Assembly (NCBI RefSeq): GCF_006345805.1
Contig: NW_021824245.1
Span: 1 to 20,854 of the forward strand
Length of the DNA: 20,854 bases
DNA from: Octopus sinensis
Lineage: Eukaryota
Reading direction: 5' to 3'
Made by a program: the position numbers and the translations under genes. Each line of letters starts with the position of its first letter. Position 1 is the first letter of the stretch. Positions 1 through 7,902 of this stretch are shown here, in pieces. The notes below the pieces were generated by a model. The model was not told where the DNA came from and ran no database searches. It saw only the letters and a program-made list of their open reading frames with translations.

Positions 1-192
1 TGCTATTGTCTATATATGAATTAAGTCCTTTGTGGAAAAATGTATAAACAAGTTGGGTGAGGGCGAAAAGAGCTGTCTAACTCGGGTGCTGCTTTTATTG
101 GGGTGGCACTTTTGGTCCGGCTTGGGATCCCGGGTGGGGTGCGGCAAACACAAGATCTGTCCGGGTGGCACACACTCTAGCTACCCTACTTA

Positions 193-680
193 AGTTAGAC
201 ACTTATATTATTATCTATAAATTAAGTGGCTTCTAGTCAATACCTGTAGTAAGAACATTGCTTTGGTCTCTGTCCATAGATATTAATTAGATGACCTGTG
301 GTCAATGGCAACAGTTAGACTATTGTCGTAGTCTATCTATGGAGACTAACTAATCCGACGTTTTATGGTCAATGGCAATAATCGGCTCATTATCGTGGTT
401 TCTTTCTATAGATATATTAATCAGATGCCCTGTAGTCAATGTAAATAGTTAGACCAATAGTGGTCTCTGTCAACAGATTCATTAATTAGATGGAGTGGGG
501 CTAAAGTCTATAGTTAGACAACTGTTTTGTGTCTATAGACAGATTAATTTGGTGATTTATGATCAATGACCAGTTAGACTATTATTGTGTCAGTGTCTTT
601 AGAGAGACTAATTAGATAGTTTGTAGCTAAAGACTATAGTTAGACAATTGTGTTATTATCAGTATATAAATTAAATGGAA
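193..680. repeat. Degenerate ~65-bp minisatellite, about 8 units (resumes at 1059-1150)
   Basis: AGTTAGAC or a variant recurs at 193, 248, 313, 380, 447, 512, 572 and 638 (spacing 55-67), with similar intervening sequence (..ATTAATTAGAT..GGTCAATG..). Two more units start at 1059 and 1125. Confidence 0.8.
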
Positions 681-681
681 C

Positions 682-864
682 GGCGAACTGGCAGAATCGT
701 TAGCACACCGGGCAAAGTGCTTAACGGCATTTCATTTGTGTTTACGTTGTGGGTTCAATTCCCACCGAGGGGTCGATAAAATAAGTACCAGTTTCACACC
801 GAGGTCGATGTTATTGACTCCCTCCCTCCCCCGAATATGCTGGCCTTGTGCCAAAATTTTAAAC
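682..864 (+). mobile_element. tRNA-derived SINE copy, family A (head GGCGA[A/G]CTGGCAGAATCGTTAGC), internally deleted
   Basis: A-box-like TGGCAGAATCG and B-box-like GGGTTCAATTCC. Homologous to the copies at 4149-4349, 18438-18642 and 20270-20634. Confidence 0.85.
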
Positions 865-1166
865 TTATATACAAATTAAATGCTCTGTGGCAAAAGTGAA
901 TAGTTATACAAGTAGCATTGCTGGGTGGTGGCGCGGAGAGCAATCCGTCCCGGGCGACTCTTTTAAAGGGTTGGCACTTGTGGGTCTGCTCGATGTGCGA
1001 CGGGGAGAGACAAACTCAAGGGCTGCTCTGGACGGCACACACTCTTGCTACACCACTAAGTTAGACTGTTGTTATGTCAGGGTCTATATGCAGATTAATT
1101 CGATAGTTTCTGGCCAATGCCTACAGTAAGCCCATTGTTGTGGTGTCCGTAAGTTAATGATTGTAT

Positions 1167-1484
1167 TTACGTCAATCTGCAGCCGGCATTCCACTTAGAT
1201 ATATGATCGAGCGTGTCGACCAAGTCCTTATCCTGTACTTCACTGAGAAACAAAGCCCATCCATTGTTTGTTCGCCCGCTCCCGCACCGCTGCTCCAATT
1301 GAGGACAGTTGGAGTAACCACCTGTCTCATTGAAGATACTTATCGAATGATGAGCAACAGTTACGGACATCCAACCAACATAAGTCTTAAAGTACATTCC
1401 ATAAACATACGGAGTAGGACAATTCTCGATGCGTTTTTCGGATAAACATTTTTGATTACCAACCACGACAAATGTTAGATGCTG
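1167..1484 (-). CDS. Candidate coding exon of an unidentified gene (QHLTFVVVGNQKCLSEKRIENCPTPYVYG...KWNAGCRLT*)
   Basis: Non-repetitive and more GC-rich than its flanks. A 105-codon open frame begins exactly after a TAG/CAG tandem acceptor (1487-1482). It ends at TAA 1169-1167, or at a possible donor GTAAAT (1170-1165). No recognisable family. Confidence 0.4.
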   Translation of the reverse strand, partial: QHLTFVVVGNQKCLSEKRIENCPTPYVYGMYFKTYVGWMSVTVAHHSISIFNETGGYSNCPQLEQRCGSGRTNNGWALFLSEVQDKDLVDTLDHISKWNAGCRLT

Positions 1485-1869
1485 CTATCAAACAATCATT
1501 AATATTCTATCTTAATTAGCATACAATATCAGATATTGTAATTCAAATACTTATATTTTTTTTCTTGAAACTAAATGACGTTTATTTTTATGTGTTCGTT
1601 GTTCGCACCGAAATAAACTTTGCCTCTGATCGTTCTGGAATCGATAAAACAAGTACAACTGAAGTACTGGAGTAGATATAATCGGTTGTACTTCAATTGG
1701 AAGCATCGTATCTCTGTTTGAAATCAATGATTACATTATGCAAATTGGGCTAAAAAGAATAGCTCCTTTTTATTCCAATGTATATTTTGAACAGTAATTA
1801 ATTAGATAATCAGAAATAACACTTAATCATTATTATACAGTTATCTTTGTACTAAGTGACGCCTTGTTT

Positions 1870-2143
1870 GTACACACACGCGCATGCACGCACACACACA
1901 CACACACACACATGCACAAACACGCACACACACACACACATGCACAAACACGCACACACACATACACACACACACAAAAAAATGATCTATCTTCCTTCAT
2001 ATCTATCTTATCCAAAAGTACATCTCTGTTGATCTACCTATGAACTTAGCTCTCTCTCTCTTTCCCTCCCTACCCTCTATCTTTCCTTCCGTACTCTCTC
2101 TCTCTCTCTCTCTCTCTCTTTGAATATATACACATACACTCCA

Positions 2144-2195
<52 letters not shown>

Positions 2196-2290
2196 TGCAT
2201 ACACACATATATACGCATACACATACACACGTATATATTTATATATATACATACAAACATACATACATACATACATACATACATACTTTA
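1870..2290. repeat. Compound microsatellites (CA)n, (CT)n, (TA)n, (CATA)n
   Basis: Directly visible simple repeats. Confidence 0.95.
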
Positions 2291-2543
2291 TATATCACAA
2301 CACAGGTCTATTAATTCCTTCATCACTCCACTGACCTTTAACTTTAATAGGTCATCCCTAATAATTCCAGCACACCGCTCTTACTCCTACACTTTCACGC
2401 TCTTACACAGTGGCATCCAATTTTATTTCTTTCATAGACAATTCCCATCATACGCACTTTTAGATGTGGATATCTCCTTTCTTTATTTCACAGAATCCCT
2501 CTCTTCTCGTTTCACTTAAGCTTTCCAGTCGTAACTTCCTGAA
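2216..2543. repeat. Dispersed repeat, copy 1 (microsatellite end plus ~255 bp complex sequence)
   Basis: Nearly identical to 6347-6658; about 4 substitutions seen in the complex part. Both copies end at GTAACTTCCTGAA. Confidence 0.9.
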
Positions 2544-3232
2544 ATGTTTACCATGACCGTTGAATAAAGTCGTACGTAGATGCAAAACATAATGTCCTGA
2601 CACTTAGTAGTGTGTAAATGTTATGACAGACTGCAATAAAACGTGAATATAAACGATATAAATTGTTTCAGCCTCTACACACGATCTCAGATCAACTTGG
2701 TTAACAAACAGCTCCGAAAGTTTATTATTTATTCTACAAGAATTTCACCGTTTCGCCTCTTCATTCGAGCTTTACCGTCTAATTTATAGACCGTAATAAA
2801 ATACCTTTAGTTATTTTATTATGCTTCATCATATTTTATTTATTCATTCAATAAATTTGAGCGTCTGTGTAAAGCTGATAATTCTTGACAGCCTGGGAGA
2901 AGTATGTATCCCTTTATATAAAAGAAAAAACAAATTTAAAAAAAAAAAAACTCAGAAAAAATATAAAAGTAAAGAAGAAAGGACTACAGATGTAGAACAA
3001 TGACCTCGCAGCGAGAAGGGAAGTCACTAAGTTACTGAAAAGGTCGCGAACTGCAACGAAAGAACTTTGACTAAGATACGATCGATCAATTGTTTAACCA
3101 GAACACTAAACAAACAATCGATTAGTTAGTAGGTTAGATATTTTAACCAATTAGGTAACATTGCAGAAGTGGAATTGAACCTGTGCGTGGTTATTATTTA
3201 AGCATTGTGTTCGAGGATGATTAAAGGGCTGG

Positions 3233-3283
3233 ATGGGTGCTGATGAAGGGAAGAACCCCACGAAACATGGCATGTGCACCCAT
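3233..3283 (+). ncRNA. Type I hammerhead ribozyme motif, probably inactivated (N17=G, helix II out of register)
   Basis: Helix I ATGGGTG (3233-3239)/CACCCAT (3277-3283); CTGATGA 3240-3246; GAAA 3262-3265; near-palindromic helix III ACATG-G-CATGT (3265-3275); distal helix 3211-3220/3294-3303. Confidence 0.75.
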
Positions 3284-3469
3284 TACACATTTCTCATCTT
3301 CGATCTCATTGTTTGTTTACATCGGACATCTCTTAGAAAAAGTCAGTGCTGCTTATAATTTCTATAAAATATCTGTAGAAATAACCTTCACTAATAAAGC
3401 AAAAAGCGCACTGCTAACACAGTAGAACGCGGTATTGATTATAAAAAAAATTCAATATAGTTTATAGTA

Positions 3470-4028
3470 TTGGGTTGCCCAGAAAGTTCGTGCCGATTAA
3501 TAAAAGCTTACCTTTCGATTTATTTTAGAGCATGGTTGAGTCCATAAAATAGGATTTGACTACACCTCCATTTAGAACGCAGTTTAAGCTATCTTTTCGT
3601 GGAAGAAGGTTTATGTTCCTGTGTTAATTCTGTAATGCTTAAAAATGGAAGATAAGAAAGTTCATTTTCGGCACTTGATGCTTTGGGAACCAGACAAAAA
3701 TTGCTGCAGCTCGGCTGGGATGTGTTATCCCACCCGCCATATTCACCAGATATTGCTCCTTCGGATTTCCACTTATTCAGGTCTCTGCAGAATAGTCTTA
3801 ATGGTAAAAATTTCAATTCCTTGGATGACGTAAAAAGATAGCTTGATGAATTATTTGCCATGAAACCACCTCAATTCTGGGAAGAGGGTATTTTCAAGTT
3901 AAAGGAAAGATGGAGATGCATTGTGCAACAAAATGGTTCATATTTGGTTGATTAAAAATGTAATGGCAAGAATTTATTGACCTTTTTCTTTCCTTTAAAA
4001 ATCGGCACGAACTTTCCGGACAGTCCAA
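3470..4028 (+). mobile_element. Internally deleted non-autonomous mariner element (559 bp)
   Basis: 29-bp TIRs with 4 mismatches (TTGGGTTGCCCAGAAAGTTCGTGCCGATT / AATCGGCACGAACTTTCCGGACAGTCCAA), flanked by TA at 3468-3469 and 4029-4030. Contains both ends of a transposase ORF. Confidence 0.95.
3645..3955 (+). pseudogene. Mariner transposase remnant: N-terminal 15 codons fused out of frame to the C-terminal ~88 codons
   Basis: MEDKKVHFRHLMLWE (3645-3689), then in another frame TRQKLLQLGWDVLSHPPYSPDIAPSDFHLFRSLQNSL...ERWRCIVQQNGSYLVD*. Has the mariner YSPD(L/I)APSD motif and an in-frame TAG at 3839-3841. Confidence 0.93.
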
Positions 4029-4097
4029 TATTTTACGGTCGCATAACGAAATACTACGTTCCAACAAGTCATTAGTATTTGTGTTGTTATTATTATT

Positions 4098-4523
4098 GGT
4101 GTAATCGTTGGCACGCTGGACGAAATGCTTAGCGATATTTCGCCCGTCGGCGAGCTGGCAGAATCGTTAGCACACCGGGCGAAATGCTTTGCAGTATTTC
4201 GTCCGCCGCTGCGTTCTAAGTTCAAATTCCGCCGAGGTCGATTAAATAAGTACCAGTTACGCACTGGGGTCGATATAATCGACTTAATCCGTTTGTCTGT
4301 CCTTGTTTATCCTCTCTGTGTTTAGCCCCTTGTGGGTAGTAAAGAAATAGATATTTCGCCCGTCGCTACGTTCTGAGTTCAAATTCCGCCGAGGTTGACT
4401 TTGCCTTTCATACTCTCAGGGTCAATAAAGTAAGTGCCAATGAAACACTGGGGCTGATGTAATCGACTATCCCCCTCCTCCAAAATTCAGGCCTTGTATC
4501 CATAGTAGACGGGTTTATTATTG
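4098..4523 (+). mobile_element. Family A SINE (4149-4349) nested in or tandem with an older family A copy
   Basis: Full head at 4149. The outer copy is interrupted after GATATTTCGCCCGTCG, which recurs exactly at 4134-4149 and 4350-4365. Confidence 0.85.
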
Positions 4524-4850
4524 GCGTAAGAACTCTCCCAAGACGCAACGAAATTTATTTTAACGCGCGAAATCGCACTAAAAATCATACAAAGCAAATA
4601 CTAAAAAGGATCTGTTCTTAAATCTCTTTGTAGCCTCCACCAATTGGAACATCCTCTTTTTGGTTTGAGGATCTTTCAGAATAAATTACACCATGTACTT
4701 TGGTTGCCTTTTAAAGGTTGTTTAAAAACTGCCATTCTGGAGCACTGCTTCGAAGTGCTTTTGTCGAACAATTTGACCCCAGGACTTATTTTTAAACCTA
4801 AAACTTATTCTATTGGTCTTTTTTACGAACCACTAAGTTACGGGAGTCAT

Positions 4851-4990
4851 AAACACTCCAACACCGGTTGCCAAGCGATGATGGGGGTGGGGACAAACAC
4901 AGGCACAAAGACACACACTCATATATATGCGTGTATGTGTGCGTGAGTGTGTGTGCGTGTGTGTGTGTATTTGTGTGTGTGTGTGTAAAT
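4851..4990 (-). mobile_element. Fragment of family B SINE (middle region)
   Basis: AACACCGGTTGCCAAGCGATG...GGGACAAACAC matches the reverse complement of the middle of 8768-9060 and the same segment of 16889-17123. Confidence 0.7.
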
Positions 4991-5073
4991 ATAATATGTG
5001 ACAATTATTCGGTAGCCATGATAAAACTTCGAGCTTCAGATGCCGGGGTGGAAACCCACACCGCCATTTCCAT

Positions 5074-5129
<56 letters not shown>

Positions 5130-5130
<1 letters not shown>

Positions 5131-5172
5131 ACTATAAATAAGGGTATCTCTCAGATACCCTTATTTATAGTT
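5130..5172. repeat. Perfect 20-bp inverted repeat with a 3-nt loop, directly after a (TA)n tract
   Basis: AACTATAAATAAGGGTATCT-CTC-AGATACCCTTATTTATAGTT. Confidence 0.95.
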
Positions 5173-5528
5173 TTAAATAATTATTACCTTTGTATGGTAC
5201 TTATTCTCATGCTGGCCACTTGATAAGATCGATATTTAAATATCGATATTATTCTTATTTATAAAATATATATATATATATACATACATGCATGCATGCA
5301 TACACACACATACATACATACATACATACATACATACATACATACATACATACACACACACATACACATATAAAAACATATACACACACGTGTGTGTGTT
5401 CGTGAGTTCGTTCTGAGGGACCAAACCGTTCAACGAAAATTCATTCGGACAGTTGTCGTTGTAGAATAATGTACATGGAGTATTCTTTATCCTTATTGGA
5501 ATAAACTTCAGTGAAGCAGAAACCTTAC

Positions 5529-5636
5529 CTCTTGGATTAAAATAAAAGACCCACCCACCAAGCCGCCAGAAGTACTCCCACGGCCACCGCCACAACCAGT
5601 ACTCTCCACCATCCTCTACCATTCAGTCTCAGATCC
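5529..5636 (-). CDS. Candidate 108-bp exon, reading frame ambiguous
   Basis: Minus-strand acceptor TTTGTTCTGTAAATTGCAG|G (intron ends 5637) and donor GAG|GTAAGG (5528-5523) bound a GC-rich island. All three frames contain a stop, so it is a start exon, a terminal exon or contains a sequence error. Confidence 0.45.
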
Positions 5637-6162
5637 CTGCAATTTACAGAACAAATCTAATCAGATGAGATAGAATCATATCACATACTCATTTGTGCCT
5701 ATATAATTTCATTATCTTATCAATATAATCCTTAATAACCATCCAATTAAAACATTAATTAAACAGATTTCGTCTATGTTGGCCTATTCAGATCGCTTCT
5801 CCCCGGGCTCTGGGCTCCGAGCTCTAGACTCAAAGCTGAAGAAATATTTTTCTATAAGGGGATTAATACGATCATCTTAATCTGTCTGTTTCGCTAATCC
5901 ATCTCTCTTTTTCACAATCCACAAGCAATTACATTTTATAAATGTTTTCTTTTTAAAATATATTTTTGTTTATTTTGTGTTGCTGTTTATTTCAGTATAC
6001 TTTTATCTCGATAAGCTATGATTGATGTATGTTTACAAACATCAATCGTCTACATCAGTTTGATAGTTTCTTAGTGGTTTCGTAGAAATATTCGCCATTG
6101 CTATTCATAATGATGGTCGAAAAACTGATACGTATTTGTGCGCGTGCGCATATACATATATA

Positions 6163-6336
6163 GGGAGAATTCACAAGAAAACAGAAGACGAAGACAGCTT
6201 GTGTAGACAACAAACAGATGTATTAGTTTAACGCTCAGGAAGTGAAGAAAACTTTAACGTTTCGAGCCTACGCTCTTCCACAGAAAGAAACACAGAAAGA
6301 AACAAGGAGAGAAAAGAAAGAATGTGTAGTGGCTAG
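6163..6336 (-). mobile_element. Short repeat carrying a minimal hammerhead-like motif (Penelope-type terminal repeat-like)
   Basis: Flanked by TA-rich microsatellite. Shares ACGCTCAGGAA and CGTTTCGAGC..GCTCTTC..CAGAAA with 9879-10081. Confidence 0.55.
6252..6287 (-). ncRNA. Minimal type I hammerhead-like motif (core A6 mutated to U)
   Basis: Minus strand reads CUUU-CUGUGGA-A-GAGC-GUAG-GCUC-GAAA-CGUU-AAAG: 4-bp helix I, 4-bp helix II, palindromic ACGU helix III. Confidence 0.6.
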
Positions 6337-6346
6337 TATATATACA

Positions 6347-6658
6347 CATACACATACACACGTGTATATTTATATATATACATACAAACATACATACATA
6401 CTTTATATATTACAACACAGGTCTATTAATTCCTTCATCACTCCACTGACCTTTAACTTTAATAGGTCATCCCTAATAATTCCAGCACACCGCTCTTACT
6501 CCTACACTTTCACGCTCTTACACAGTGGCATCCAATTTTATTTCTTTCATAGACAATTCCCATCATACGCACTTTTAGACGTGGATATCTCCTTTCTTTA
6601 TTTCACAGAATCGCTCTCTTCTCATTTCACTTAAGCTTTCCAGTCGTAACTTCCTGAA
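6347..6658. repeat. Dispersed repeat, copy 2 (see 2216-2543)
   Basis: Near identity to 2216-2543. Abuts and truncates the left TIR of the mariner. Confidence 0.9.
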
Positions 6659-7887
6659 TGAAATGTCCGATTTTCTTATGCACCAAGTTTGACAGTCGTT
6701 AACTCTAATGTTTAATCCTGACAATTCTTTGTTTTACGACATTGAAGAGTTACATCATCACTTTTCGAAATGCAATTCATGGTGTCTGATGATATTGTGA
6801 GTTTTCTCTCGTAAATCAATTTTTGTGAATCCATGGATAGATAAAGAATTTGTGCTGTTTATGAATATGAGTTCCGTCGTGGAACCAATGTATCCCAGAC
6901 ATCTCGAAACATCAGTGAGTAAAGATGTAACGAATGAGCGCACTGCGCATCGATGGTTTGGGAAGTTTAGGTCTTGTGACTTTACTCTTGAAAATCAGCT
7001 CCAAGGTAGAGCTGAGACCAAGGTGGATAATGATGAACTGGAAACTGTAGTGGAAGCAGATACCTCTCAAACTACGCGTGAATTAGCAGCAAGGTTTGAT
7101 GTTTCGATTGCAGCTGTATTGGACCATCTGAAACACTTCAGCAAGGTAAAGAAGCTGGACAAGTGGGTACCACACAAACTGAACGAGCATCAAATGACAC
7201 GTCGTCTTCAGACTTGTTGTTCTTTGCTGTCACGGTATAAAGAAGAACCATTTTTGCATCTTATTGTTATGTGTGGTGAAAAATGGATTCTTTTCAACGA
7301 TAGCAAGCGTTCTGCACAGTGGTTGGATAGACACGAAGTGCCAAAATACAATCCCAAAAAGAATATTCACCAAAAAAAAAAAGCTAATGGTGTCTGTTTG
7401 GTGGCCCAGCACTGGTGTCATCCACTACAGCTTCATGAGACCTGGTAAGTCAATTACAGCAGATGTATACATCAACCAACTGGATAAAATGGTGAGTGAA
7501 CTTGCAATTAACCGAGATTGGTCATTAGAGACAGGCCAATTCTCTTGCAAGACAATGCTTGACCACATGTTGCACAAAGAACACTACTCAAGTTACAAGA
7601 ACTGAATTTGGAAGTACTCTGTCATCCACCATATTCACCAGACCTTGCACCAACCTTTTTCAGGCATTAGACAACTTTTTTCAAGGAAAACACTTCAAAT
7701 CTGAAGAAGATGAAAATACAGCCTTTCGTGAATTCTTCGCTGCCGGCATAAATAAACTACCGATAAAATGGCAAAATTGTGTTGATAATTGAGGTGCATA
7801 CTTTGATTAAATGCTTTGCTTTTTGTTGAGATAAAGTAAAAATAAACTTTCAGTTCAAAACTGGACATTTAATTCTTAATGACCTGA
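6656..7887 (+). mobile_element. Near full-length defective mariner transposon with truncated left TIR
   Basis: Right TIR 7857-7887 followed by TA (7888-7889). The left end keeps only the inner 19 bp (GAATGAAATGTCCGATTTT, 16/19 match to the reverse complement of the right TIR). Encloses a transposase pseudogene. Confidence 0.93.
6833..7810 (+). pseudogene. Mariner (DD34D-type) transposase pseudogene
   Basis: MDR*RICAVYEYEFRRGTN...ERTAHRWF..., WVPHKL, MCGEKW (first Asp lost), LQDNA, HPPYSPDLAPT with the following Asp codon region deleted, KW..CVDN*GAYFD*. Several stops and frameshifts, e.g. at the A-run near 7374-7382. Confidence 0.95.
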
Positions 7888-7902
7888 TATATATGCCAGG
7901 TT

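Noticed and set aside
193-680. Regularly spaced AGTTAGAC motifs resembling a CRISPR array
   Set aside because: The conserved part is only 8 bp, the intervening sequences are homologous to each other rather than unique spacers, there are no cas genes, and the context is eukaryotic.
2660-2780. Two hammerhead-like fragments on the minus strand (CTGAGA..GAAAC and ATGAAGAGGCGAAACGG)
   Set aside because: Cores are incomplete, and no helix I or valid NUH triplet could be formed.
4028-4042. 15-bp match ATATTTTACGGTCGC also present near 8674-8688
   Set aside because: The similarity does not extend on either side and is plausible by chance in 20 kb of AT-rich DNA.
5765-5810. Minus-strand CTGAATAGGCCAACATAGACGAAA resembling a hammerhead
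   Set aside because: G8 is missing, helix II pairs poorly, and there is no helix I/III closure.
6825-7448. 207-aa ORF as a functional transposase or SETMAR-like gene
   Set aside because: It is a fragment. The true start region is in another frame with a stop, the first and third catalytic Asp are lost, and the C-terminus is frameshifted.
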